A stretch of 63,764 bases of DNA, the filler included, from Octopus bimaculoides (Eukaryota): NCBI RefSeq assembly GCF_001194135.2. It is 4 parts of 4 records of this genome, joined end to end, with 100 filler letters (N's around TTAATTAATTAA, not from the genome) between each part and the next. Parts side by side here need not be neighbours in the genome. Positions count along the whole stretch, not along the records: positions 21,260 to 51,635 come from NC_068996.1; 3 more parts are not named here. One strand, given 5' to 3'. The position numbers and the translations under genes were made by a program. Below the pieces are notes generated by a model. It worked only from the letters and a program-made list of their open reading frames with translations. It was not told where the DNA came from and did no database searches. Positions 26,565 to 39,431 of the stretch are shown here, piece by piece; positions within the stretch are counted from its first letter, which is position 1; the number at the start of each line of letters is the position of its first letter.

Positions 26565-26730
26565 ATTAAAAATAGCAGCTAAATTTAACCCAAGATGACA
26601 TTCAACCGTTAACATAAGACACATTGGGTAATGTAATCTAGTGTACATGAACCATAAAATCTGTTTAACAAGATGGCTGGTCATGGATAGAATGCCCTTA
26701 ACCACAGGGGTGCTCAATCAGGATTGACAA
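26565..26730 (+). mobile_element. Dispersed SINE-like repeat, family D
   Basis: AAATAGCAGCTAAAT...GACACATTGGGTAATGTA...GATGGCTGGTCATGGATAGAATGCC; related to 30175-30350 and 41180-41410. Confidence 0.55.
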
Positions 26731-27237
26731 CAGCAAAGGCAACGAAAGTCAAAGAAGGAAGAAGACTTTTGCGTGGGTGTTAAACCTACTGGAGAAAAAG
26801 AGAATAGCAAAATGTTCCTACACGCTTACACACACGCGCGTGCGTTTTAGAAGAAGTCCTTGTATAATGCGATATTGGTTGCAGCACTGTGCATGTGAGC
26901 ACACAGGTATGGACACGGTTGGGACGTCTTTCACTATAGGTTTGACGGAGTAGGACTAAATAATAGCAACAACTACTACTATTTTTTTCTTTTTGTATCA
27001 ACAATGAAAATGCCCAAGGCACAGGTGGCACAGGTTAGAATTTCGCCAGGGTAAGCTTTTGCCTTTCAACTTTGCATCGGTAAAATAAGTGCCAGTCATG
27101 CACTGGAGGTCCATATAGTGAGTTTTTTCATCCCTTTTCCAATGAATGAATGAATAAATAAAGAAAGAAAGAAAGAAATTTAATAAAATAAGTTGCATCG
27201 TTACACTACGTCAGAAACCTTTATTAAATATGATTAA

Positions 27238-27875
27238 GACGGCGAGCTGTTTAAAAGACTTAGCGGCATTTCTTCCATTTTTATGTTTTAAATTCAAATT
27301 CAGCCGAGGTCAATTTTGTCTTTCATCCTCTAGCAGATGATAAAATAAGTACCAGTTGATTCCTGGGGTCGATGCAATTGACTAATATCCTCCCGCAAAT
27401 TTCAGGCCTTGCGACTATAGTAGAAAGGGTTATTATTAAGATGGAAAGCTGGTAGAGTCATCAGCACGCCGAACAAATGTTTTGCGGTATTTATTTTGGC
27501 TTTACGTTCTGAGATCAAATTCCGCCGTCGAGGTCGACTTTGTCTTTCATCTTTTCGAGGTCGATCAAATAAAGTACCAGTTGAGCACTGGGGTTAATGT
27601 AATAGACGAGCCTCCTCTCTCCAAATTTCAAGCCATGTACCTAGAGTGGATAGGATTATTAAATATAGTTGAGTAGTAGTGGATTAGCAGAATTGGTAGA
27701 GCATTAGACAAAAAATCCTTGCGGTATTTATTCTAGTTTTGAGTTCAAAGCACTCTGAGGCCTACTTTACTGTTAATCTCTCTACAGAGTTGATCAAGTA
27801 ATGTACCAGTCAAAGATCGATGGCACTGACTAAGCCCCTCCCTTAAAAATTGCTAGCCTTGTGTTTAATTTAAAA
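27238..27875 (+). mobile_element. Three head-to-tail copies of SINE family B
   Basis: Heads near 27238, 27441 and 27685; each copy has the CTTTCATC..GATAAAATAAGTACCAG-type core. Copies are separated by short TAT/TAG tails. Confidence 0.8.
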
Positions 27876-28260
27876 ACAGCTTTTTTTTTTTAGAAACCAA
27901 TATTTTGGCAAAAAAAAAAGAAAAAAAGTACAAGTGGTTGTGAATAACCGCCTGGCCGAAAAATAATCCTACTTCTGTTGCATCCAACGGATTTTATTCA
28001 TCCAGGCGGCTTTTCATTTACTGTTTTCCTGTATCGGTAGGGGCGGATTTTGTCTTAACATGCAGTTGGCTGTGAGTACATGCTACTGACACTGCGCAAC
28101 GAAGCAGAAATGTTGCATCTAGTGTTCTCGCCGCTACTAGGACTGCAATATATATATTGTTTTTAAACACAGCATGTCCACAAGAGATATTATCTCCGGA
28201 CAAATATCTCAGCAAATTTGCTTTTTACGATGTATTTACATTAAGTATGATGCATAGATG

Positions 28261-28309
<49 letters not shown>

Positions 28310-29606
28310 CTGAATGTATGTGTGTGTTAATGAATGTATATGTGTTTTTGTATGAGTGTGTATGTGTATGAATGTATGTACACACACACACGCACACACA
28401 CACACACATACACACACACACACCTAAATCATTATTACGTTTTTGTTAATACGTAAGGTGTTTACTGTTGCAGTGTGTTGTTGTACTTGTGTTTATTGCT
28501 GTTGCCATTGTTGTTAATGAGATAATTATTACCATTACAACTACTTCTGTGGCTGCTGCTGGTGCTGCCAATTTGACAGTTGTCAATGCATTGTTACAAA
28601 CCATCACCACCATCATCAACCCATAATTACCACCACCACCACCACAACCACCACCACCACAACCACCACCACCACTNNNNNNNNNNNNNNNNNNNNNNNN
28701 NNNNNNNNNNNNNNNNNNNNNNNNNNNNNNNNNNNNNNNNNNNNNNNNNNNNNNNNNNNNNNNNNNNNNNNNNNNNNNNNNNNNNNNNNNNNNNNNNNNN
28801 NNNNNNNNNNNNNNNNNNNNNNNNNNNNNNNNNNNNNNNNNNNNNNNNNNNNNNNNNNNNNNNNNNNNNNNNNNNNNNNNNNNNNNNNNNNNNNNNNNNN
28901 NNNNNNNNNNNNNNNNNNNNNNNNNNNNNNNNNNNNNNNNNNNNNNNNNNNNNNNNNNNNNNNNNNNNNNNNNNNNNNNNNNNNNNNNNNNNNNNNNNNN
29001 NNNNNNNNNNNNNNNNNNNNNNNNNNNNNNNNNNNNNNNNNNNNNNNNNNNNNNNNNNNNNNNNNNNNNNNNNNNNNNNNNNNNNNNNNNNNNNNNNNNN
29101 NNNNNNNNNNNNNNNNNNNNNNNNNNNNNNNNNNNNNNNNNNNNNNNNNNNNNNNNNNNNNNNNNNNNNNNNNNNNNNNNNNNNNNNNNNNNNNNNNNNN
29201 NNNNNNNNNNNNNNNNNNNNNNNNNNNNNNNNNNNNNNNNNNNNNNNNNNNNNNNNNNNNNNNNNNNNNNNNNNNNNNNNNNNNNNNNNNNNNNNNNNNN
29301 NNNNNNNNNNNNNNNNNNNNNNNNNNNNNNNNNNNNNNNNNNNNNNNNNNNNNNNNNNNNNNNNNNNNNNNNNNNNNNNNNNNNNNNNNNNNNNNNNNNN
29401 NNNNNNNNNNNNNNNNNNNNNNNNNNNNNNNNNNNNNNNNNNNNNNNNNNNNNNNNNNNNNNNNNNNNNNNNNNNNNNNNNNNNNNNNNNNNNNNNNNNN
29501 NNNNNNNNNNNNNNNNNNNNNNNNNNNNNNNNNNNNNNNNNNNNNNNNNNNNNNNNNNNNNNNNNNNNNNNNNNNNNNNNNNNNNNNNNNNNNNNNNNNN
29601 NNNNNN

Positions 29607-29613
29607 GAGAGAG

Positions 29614-29704
<91 letters not shown>

Positions 29705-29705
29705 A
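29607..29705. repeat. (GAAA)n microsatellite
   Basis: Read directly; another at 59170-59280 followed by (AAAC)n. Confidence 0.98.
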
Positions 29706-31014
29706 ATATTTCTTAGCAACTGATTATGGTCTGTGTTGGCAGGGCAAAAAATTATTTCTGATATTTTGGGGCTGTCCTTTCACCCGAGAGAAGACTGGAT
29801 ATATTGCAGCTTGAAAGACAGGATGGCCATGACTCGAATGATTTTGATCTTTGATCGTTAGTCTATTAAATCAATCACGGATGACAACGACAATCATAAC
29901 AAGAATATTAATCTCGTTACGATCATCAAAGACAATAAAATGAAGCCAGCACGAGATCGCTTGCTCCGCTTTAAATAATAGCCAGGTCTCCCTCAAATCA
30001 TACCATATATTTTATGTATGTATGTATGAGTATGTGTGTATGTATGTATGTATGTATGTATGTATGTATGTATGTATGTATGTATGTATGTATGCACTAT
30101 CTATGTATGTATATGCATGGATGTATGCATTATGTATGCTTGTGCCAATGAGGGAAGCTTCTATATGGTAGCTAGACTGTTAGAAATAACTGCGAAATCT
30201 CTCTCAATCGCACTCAGTATCTTAAAGAAGGTTTGATACGTTGAGCAATGCAGCCTTCGGTAAGCAAAACGATGAGATGCTGTCGATGTAGAACGCTTTC
30301 GATCATAAGTTCTGTCGATCAGGGACAAATTAGGACTAAACAACAACAACAACAACAACAACATCATCAATAACAGCAATTACACTACACCGATGAACAC
30401 TGACACCGACAATACATTTACCATCACCACTACCACTACGACACCACCGAGAGTGTCGCTACCACCACTTCTCATAAGAAAACCAGAAACACGTGCTACC
30501 GAGGAACCCTCTACACAGCTACTCCACTTGCCAGAAAACTGCAATGCAGTCCTCCTCAGATACAACCCTGTTGTGGTAAAAAAAAATTGATTAAGTTTAC
30601 AAAATCAAGTGATATTGAATATAACTTACCAGAGAAGTATACAGAGTGGGAAAGGCTAGAGGGTTGTTATATACAATCGTCAACAGAAATGAGCAGTAGT
30701 TGCGTATCTGCACACGTGTGTTTATGAGTACCAGTAATCACCCGCCTCACAAACCGTCCCAGTAGGTTACGCACCCCATTTACATCACTCTCAGCAACAC
30801 TCAACAAGCGCCATAATTGGAGAAGACTGCAAGGTATTTATCATCTATTGGGTAATACAGAAAACAAAAGAGATTATATAATATCGTCATAACTAAATTT
30901 CCTTTATATCCAAAGCGATCTGCATCAATACACACACACACCACTCCTATCGTCCCTCGATAACTAAAATATAAACAAATATATATTAATCAAATTCCAT
31001 ACAATATAAACCTG

Positions 31015-31230
31015 TGCTCGTGATGCTTCATCAACGAAGCAGTGAAAAAGTTCTTCGCCTCGAAAGACAAGAACTGGTATCAGTGAGGGATCAAAGAACT
31101 GTAAAAATGTAACTTCATATGGTGCAATATGATGGCCTCTACTCTGTGTACTAGGCTTCTGCTATTGTAACTTGGCGAATAAAGCAAATAAGTTATCAAA
31201 ATATTGCAGAAATTTTGATTCGACACAATA
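31015..31230 (+). mobile_element. Mariner transposase C-terminus and probable right TIR
   Basis: Translates EAVKKFFASKDKNWYQ*GIKEL..VQYDGLY (mariner FF.SK...Y..GI..L..G.Y motif); ends ATTTTGATTCGACACAA-TA. Confidence 0.65.
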
Positions 31231-31389
31231 AAACTTACATCAAACAAAAAGGAAAAGGAATAACGAAAAGGAAAAAGCAAAAAAAAAAGGAATAAATAAA
31301 GTAATATATGATAAATGATAAAAGAAACCAAAAGCTGGTAACTCCCTAGCATATATGACAAAACTGATAGAAAATATTTCTGAAAAATA

Positions 31390-31552
31390 GGCGCAGGAGT
31401 GGCTGTGTGGTAAGTAGCTTGCTTACCAACCACATGGTTCCGGGTTCAGCCCCTCTGCGTGGCACCTTGGGCAAGTGTCTTCTACTATAGCCTCGGGTCG
31501 ACCAAAGCCTTGTGAGCGTATTTGGTAGACGAAAACTGGAAGAAGCCCGTCG

Positions 31553-31610
<58 letters not shown>

Positions 31611-31826
31611 TGTCTGTCTGTCTGTCTGTCTGTATGTCTGTCCCCCCAACATCGCTTGACAACCAATACTCGTGTGTTTACGTCCCCGTAACTTAGCGGT
31701 TCGGCAAAAGAGACCGATAGAATAAGTACTAGGCTTACAAAGAATAAATCCTGGGGTCAATTTGCTCGACTAAAGGCAGTGCTCCAGCATGGCCGCAGTC
31801 AAATGACTGTAACAAGTAAAAGAGTA
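31390..31826 (+). mobile_element. SINE family A, complete: tRNA head, CORE-like box, internal (TG)n(TCTG)n, tail
   Basis: GGCGCAGGAGTGGCTGTGTGGTAAG...GGTTCCGGGTTCAGCCC (A/B boxes), GGCACCTTGGGCAAGTG, microsatellite, tail ending ACAAGTAAAAGAGTA. Confidence 0.92.
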
Positions 31827-31984
31827 ACCAAAAACCACAGGAAGAAGAAAATGGAAAATGCTCAATTTTGACCCCTTCTTATCATCATACATTCATGCAT
31901 ACATACATGAACACATACATGCATATATACATGCATACATACATACATACATACATACATACATACATACATACATACATGCCA

Positions 31985-33770
31985 TATCTTATCAACCGGT
32001 ATCAGCAAGCTCTCAATGGAGATATTAGCTTACCGCGTTGGTTAGCTCCTACAGAGACAAAACTGATTCTCAAAAGCAGAGCACCCACACGACAAAAATT
32101 ATCGGCCAATTGCATACCAGAATTTAATGTATAAATTATATACAACCCATTTAAGCATATTATTCTGAGACCATTATGAAAATAATAATATCACAGCAAA
32201 ACAAGCAGCTAGGAAGAAGATGAGTCTGAACAATTGTTGATAAACAAAACTGTTTGACTGGGATGCGGTAGTATAGGAGGAACCTGATTTCTATGTAACA
32301 GGGCTTTAAGAAAGCTTTTGATTTTTATCCCTCACTAAAGAATATAACAATCGGATAAGTAAAACGTGCACCTCTCTGCACACAGTGTGTTTGCACTGAC
32401 AGTTACATTTGAGCTACTGGATTGGAGGCTTGATGAGATCTGAGCCATTGATGTGAAAACCCGAAATATACGGCCAACACAATTAACTTTCACATCACAA
32501 ATTTTCACAAGTAATTTTCACATCAACAGTGATATAGGTTGCCGCAACTTGAAACGAAAAGACGGCTGAGACTTAACATCGATTTAGCCTTCTTTAGAAT
32601 GTCACATCATATCTCTTTGGCAACATTTTGTAATCACCAAGAGTCGAAGTGTACATATTGACCAAATTCGCTTACACGAGACAGAAAACATCATAAGACT
32701 TAAAAAGCAACTCCCTAGGAAACATTCCGTGTCTGATAACCTTGAATACATGCCCAAAGGCGATGCACAACTTGTCATCAGATGAAAGGATGAGCACATA
32801 ACAGCAGACGACCATGCATGTATATGTTAATAGAAAGCTCCAGAATAACGCAAAATAGAAAATCAAAGAGATTATCGTGAATCAACTAACTCTTACTTTG
32901 AAGGGTATGCATTTGCAACCCAGGACAGAAAATAACAACCAAATTCTTGATGCAAAAAAAGAACAGAGATGCAGAAAAAACCACCAAAATGTGATAAACG
33001 ATGCAGATTTTGTGAAGTTAACACCGAAGGTATTACTCACATCATAAGCACGTCTGAAAATATTATTGCGGTATTATTTACCGATGAGACATAATTTTGT
33101 CGTCAGGACACTGTACAATGAAGTCCGTCGAAAGGATAATGCTGAGGCCAAAGCGATAAGAACCTCCAGTGTGGCAGAGGCTGTAGCCACTCATTATATG
33201 AAGGAGTGCTGGTAGAATGTCCAGGTGAAAACCTCAATAAAATGCAAACATAATATACCAGACATAGTGATTTGGAACAGAAGAGAGACAACATAAAACT
33301 AAAGGTCAACGAAAAAGAAAACACCTATTATTGAAAAATTTAGGGCTACTCTACTCGGATTACAAGTTCAGATTTATACCCGTAATTCATGGGGCACTAG
33401 GATATGTAACAAGCTGCCAAAGTACCAATCTTGAGAGATTAGGGTTCTCAAAGACAGAAAGGGAAAAGCTAATTAGAAAATTAGTCTCAAACTATCAGTG
33501 GAACTGCCAAAATACGTAAAACTTCCAAAAGTTTATCATTTAAATACATATGCACACGTTTAGCCATGCGACTAAGTGCGTGATAATGCATACATAAAGC
33601 AAAACATACAAATCTTTACATGTTCTGACAACAAATATTGCACACATACACACAAACATGCACAAATACCTTGTTGATGTTTAAGATTCCAATGAAGAAA
33701 CTCTGAATCTAGGTTAGAAACCGACTCTTTCTCTATTGACAAGAAATCTATTAAAATTAAATTAAAAACA
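31985..33770 (+). mobile_element. R4/Dong-type LINE copy 1, internally deleted, with 3' UTR
   Basis: Fragments: PRWLAPTETKLILKS..KNYRPIA (RT start), LDWRLDEI.AIDVKTR, FEGYAFA, CDKRCRFCEVNTEGITHIIS..RYYLPMRHNFVV (zinc knuckle), IPVIHGALG. Flanked by (ACAT)n on both sides. Confidence 0.88.
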
Positions 33771-34699
33771 TACATACATACATACATACATACATACATA
33801 CATACATACATACATGGAGCCGTCAACATCAGACGTGCATGCGTAGATAACTGTTTAAAATTCCTTTTGGAACGTTTTCTTCTATAATTATGCCGACTCA
33901 TTCACCCCAGAATCTGTAACTAATTTATTTCTCCAATAATAAATAAGAGAAACCCCTTTTACTTACCAACATAAAGTTATTCAGACCTTACACCACGTGG
34001 AATTCCGTCAGCACGATCATGGCTGAAACTTATAACGCCAGCACAATCAGTACTACAACACTAATAAACTATTTAAGAAGATGTAAGTACTCTTCTCATT
34101 TAACTTTTAAAAATATTGGGACGAAGCTCACCCAATCTTAAGCACCTTTACGGCAAAAGAGTTTCTGCAACAAGCATCTTAAAAAAAAAATATATATATA
34201 TATATAGTGGCTTACCTTCATGATACAAATCGGTTTTCTCAAAACATTGAGAACTGGCCAAAATCCACCACAAGAAAGATCGAAAATAATGTAAAGAAAC
34301 CGCTGCCACCATCACTAAATTCTCGTGTATCTCCAAATGTAAGTGCTTCGACAGAGACAACTATAGAATATACTCAATTGTGATATATCTTGAAACTACA
34401 GTTCGTAGAAAACTTTTCTACTTTTTCGAAACTATCTTTGTGTGACAAACGACTCTCAACGGGATTAAGGAAAAATTCAACGACTCTAACGTTGAAAGTT
34501 ATCGAAGATATCGCTGAAGAGCATCATGAAATCATAATTAAAGGAATATTAATACCCTCATATACACAGCTACTATTACTCTTAAAGAACACGTAGGAGA
34601 AATCTGCAACATACGTGGTAACAGAAGCAGCCTAGATGGAAAAGATAACCTGAAAACATTAACAATTAGCGCCGCCATTAAAATGGAAGAGGAATAATA

Positions 34700-36560
34700 G
34701 GTTCATAGCTCATCTTATGTATAAATTAATAAAACTTTGCAACGACTTTTCACACCAAGCTCTTGGGGGACAGCTAATTATTCTAAAGCGCGAACTCAGA
34801 ACACTGATCGAAAAACTCCGCTACCGTAGGAGAATCTTTGACAATTTCCACACTTTCAACTGTTTCCTATGTTATAAGTATTTCAAAGGGAATATTCCAA
34901 AAAGATAGTTTTTGTGTAATTCTATCCATTTTGGTATTAAATCCATTATCATTCTTGCTATCAAATGGCTACAAGCTAGGGTCTGCAATTGCTAGAGATA
35001 TTAATGTAACCCATAATTTCTTTGTAGATGACCTCAAGATTTATGCTAAAAATGTTGGCAATGCCAAAACAAAATTTAAAAAAACAAAGCAACAGGAATT
35101 TATAACATTTTCAGCTGACATAAGAATGGGATTTGACGAAAAAGAAATGTTCATATTTGATTGTGAACGTGAAAAATCAGTCATCCAGACCTAAAACCTG
35201 AGCATCAACAGTCTCTCTACCTCCTCTGTTGCACATAAGGAATGTTATAAATACCTGGGAATTGATGAAAACTTATACGAAGATGCTGTCAATAAAAATT
35301 AAGTGACCTGAAAAACAGGGCATTCGGAACTCTCCTCTTACAACAAAACAATATCCCACAATGCATTTGAAGTATCAGTGCTGATTCCAGCATCTAGAAT
35401 ACTTGACTGGTCTGTAAAGGAAATCCAGCCTACACACATGAAAACCTGTAAGATCCTGACATCAACTGGAAAGTTCTACAGAAACAGTGTTATCCACAGG
35501 CTCTACTTAAGAAAAGGCGAAGGAGACAGAGGTTTGAGATCGGTGTAGTCTCTCTCAACCTACACCTGCTAAACAGTTGTAGCAAAAAATAAACGCATAA
35601 ACCTAGTGCTGAAAAGCGAGAACAGCATCCCACATGTCAGCAGATGACCTCCCATACAAACCCCAAAACAACCAAACTAACATACCTCAAAGAAAACCTC
35701 GCTGTGAAACATCCAGCATACCAAAAATGACTATGCATAGTTATGTTTCCAGAAGACTTGAAGAAATCAGTAATATCGACATAAAGTTCAGCTTCTCTTG
35801 GACTCATGACAGCTACATTACATCATACTTCGAAGGCTATGCATTTACAATCGAAGAACAGGAGATTTCTATTCAGTACTTAATAAACAAAAAAGTTAGT
35901 GAAGCACTTGCAGCTCCAAGATGCAACCAAAAATGTAGGTTATGTGATATTTCTGTGAAAGACATGCATGTTATCAGCAGCTGTCCAAGAATGTCACCGC
36001 TATGACACACGACATAGTCGTTAAAAAATATACAATGCCGTCCAAAAAGAAAGAATAAATATAGAGAATGTCATTGTTTTGAATATACACATAAACATCA
36101 ACACAAGATATACTGATAGAATATTCTCATCAAAACGTCTTTCAAGTATAAGCATAACCGTCCGAATATTGTTCTTTGGAACAGACAAGAAAAATTATGT
36201 ACCATATTCGCTGCCAGCTGCCTTGCTGATGTGAACAGCTCTTTGAAAATCAAAGAGAAAGAAGATACAGCTTCCATATCCAGATCATAAATTCACATTT
36301 ATACCAATAATAATTTATGTACTCGGTTTTGTGAGTAAATGCCTAAGTGAGAATCTAGATAAGCTACGGTTTTCAGAAAAAGAGATCAACCAGCTAATTC
36401 GTACATAACAAATAAATCTATAAGTGAAACAGTAAAAATATTCAAGACTTTTCTCAAGTTTAAAATGAGACTTATTTTTCTTATCTATATTCCAGCGAAG
36501 TAGTTTGTATCTTTGTTAGAAACCAGCTTTTTTCCTTTTAGGAAGACTTCAAATAATTAA
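34700..36560 (+). mobile_element. R4/Dong-type LINE copy 2 (RT, zinc knuckle, RLE), degenerate
   Basis: KGIFQKDSF..LNPLSFLL..THNFFVDDLKIYAKN (RT motifs), FEGYAFTIEEQEI..CNQKCRLC..HVISSCP, KHNRPNIVLW. The 3' UTR GTTAGAAACC is shared with copy 1. Confidence 0.9.
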
Positions 36561-36654
36561 AAAAACTGAAGAGAATATATACATAGAAAAATAAGCAATA
36601 GGAAAATCTATAAACTCAAAACTCTTCAGTAAGACTTGAAGGAATCCCTGCACC

Positions 36655-38260
36655 ACTAACATCTGTAACTAGTTACACCAACAATGTCAAACTCCAAGAA
36701 CCTGGATAAAATTTTAACAAGTATTTCAAATCCAACAAAAAACCCAAGTGAAATTATAGACACCCACCATCCTTCTATGCATACTGACACACATCTACAC
36801 GGGCCAACCCTTGACATCACTAATTCATATATCCTGCTCTTGAAATTCCAATTCACATACAAACCACGACACTGAACCACCACCACACAACAAAACACTT
36901 CTCACGTGTAACATTCTAATTCTATTGAAATCAGCAAAACTTCTGACTCCATTCTTTGCTATCTACTCACGCCAAAAATACTCAGCCCCATCTTAAGAAA
37001 CAAAGCAAAATATTAGATAGTAAACTATCTATCAGTCCATTTAACCTTTGTAGTTTATAAGAACAAAACTTCCAGAATTTCTAATTTACCAAATGGGATA
37101 CGTCAATCATCTACTTTACCCCTATTTTTCAGCCTATGTCAATACGAGCTTCTGACTTATATCTAATCAGCTCCTGTGAAATATGCAGATATCCTTATAT
37201 GCAAATGGTTTCCAATTTAGGAACAAGACCAGTAATTTTGAGAGAAGCGGATTAGTAGATACTATCGGCCCCACTATTTTATTTACTGACACTTTCAACT
37301 CCGAAAAGATGAAAGATATCATACTCACACTCTTCTCACCATTCTTCAGACCTTGCTCCACAACCACTCTGATCCCCACTTAAATCACCTTGAATAAGAG
37401 ACTTAAATCCCCACTAGTCCCGCGCTATTTACCAGCAGCATCAGAGAATATAAAACCACAATCAGTTATGATACTCAACAACGTTAGTATACCACAACAT
37501 ATACATCAACAGCATAAATATACCGCACATGCGCGCTCGCACAGACACACACCAATACACACATACACACAAACACATACACACATGCAGAAGTAAAACC
37601 ATACTTAGAAACAAAATAGCTAAATCAAAATTAGAGAAATCACAGCAATCACATTTGATCGACAGAAAAAGTCAATGTCAATGGATTGCAAATCGATACT
37701 TTAGAGTAACCATGGACTATACCCATACATTACACACCATGACAGGTTTTGTACAGACAATGCCTAGAGACCAGCAATATAGGAAAACAGAAATAATAAA
37801 CGTGAAACACCACAATAACAGTTTGTTATCGCAACAAACTTCAACCCCCAAATTCTTCTTATTGCATGAAAAGCCAACCCAAACTCCTAAACACCTATAG
37901 AAATTCTCAGAGCTCTACTACTGCAAAATCATACAAACGCTATTTCTTGGCCTTGAATGTGCAGGCCCACCCAGTCCGAGCATGCACAAGGAACACACCG
38001 ACAAAAGGAAAACAACATCCAGCCTCTCGATCCTCACTGACTCCAAAATTTATGATAGAATGTCAACTAACAACAACAACTTAAGTGTCTCGTCCTGGTC
38101 TATTCCACCTTACTGGTTACCGCTGTTACCACTACCAGATTCTACTAAATGCAGAAGCAGAAAGTGTAGAAGAAAATACAATACGTTTGAACTGTCATGC
38201 TGCATCCTATTATATGCGGCGTTGCTTGCTGGAAAGAATGGGCGGTAATGACACCGGCTA
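36655..38260 (+). mobile_element. Heavily degenerate APE-RT(-RNase H?) LINE, I-clade-like
   Basis: THLHGPTLDI (APE end), NGIRQSSTLPLFF and KYADI (RT motifs), LSILTDSK and an A..AI.LAL-like stretch (RNase H-like). Confidence 0.5.
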
Positions 38261-38625
38261 GACATAGACATGATATAACTGAGGCGATGCATCTGTGGGT
38301 GGCCTCTCGTCGTTTGACTGATTAGTTTCACATTATAGGAATAACCTCGAGGTACGCAACTCGTGCAACACCACCAACATCAACGAAACAAGCAACAACA
38401 ATACCATCCCCACCACCAGCATCGCTACCACAAACACCACTATTACTACAGTACATGTTACCAACATGACAAAAAACACCAACAACATCAACAGCAATAA
38501 CACCAAGAACAACATCAACAACAACTACAACAATAACAGCAGCAAAATTCTTTTCGTGGACGCTCGACCTACGAGATTTAGCAACCAAAACTCTCTCATA
38601 TCATCAAACCCTATCAACTTAGTAA

Positions 38626-38656
<31 letters not shown>

Positions 38657-38980
38657 ATAGGCATGAGTGTGGCTGTGTGGTAAGAAGCTTGCTCCCCAAC
38701 AACATGGTTCCGGATTCAAACCCACTACGTGGCACCTTGAGCAAGTGCCTCGGACTGACCAAAGCCTTGTAAGTGGATTTGGTAGACGAAAACTGAATGT
38801 GTGTGTGTCTGTGTGTGAATGTGCCTTTGTGTCTGTGTTTGTCCCCCTATCACCGTTTGACAACCGGCGTAGGTGTGTTTGCGTTCCCGTAACTTAGCGG
38901 TTCTACAAAAGAGTCCAATAGAATAAGTACTAAGCTTTAAAACAAATAAGTCCTGTGGTCGATTTGTTCGGATAAAATTC

Positions 38981-39379
38981 GGATCTTTGTGGTTTTCGTC
39001 ACTGTTTACAATTTTGTTCCAATTGTTTTCGAAGTTGGTATATGGATTAAGTTTTGTATGCTAATTATGAAAATAAAATGTATTTTCCTTATAAATCCAT
39101 AATTAAAAAGTTATTAACCTTTAAAATTTACAAAATTTGGGTACTTTAGCCAATCAGAAGTGAGTATTTTATACATCACCGTGGCGAAAAACTCTGTTTC
39201 CATAATAATCAAAGATGCTGCGCATGCGCACAAGGAGGGAAAGATACGGGAACGATAATCTTCTACTATGATAATACTCTTGTGTTTTTCTCCGTCACAA
39301 CATATGAATGAAAAAGGAAGGGATGATAGATGAATAAGGAAGGAAGGGGTGACGGAAAACTGTAATGGGAGCGTTCCAG

Positions 39380-39431
<52 letters not shown>

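Noticed and set aside
31390-31465. Genuine tRNA genes at SINE heads
   Set aside because: A/B-box-like sequences continue directly into SINE bodies and no complete cloverleaf was seen.
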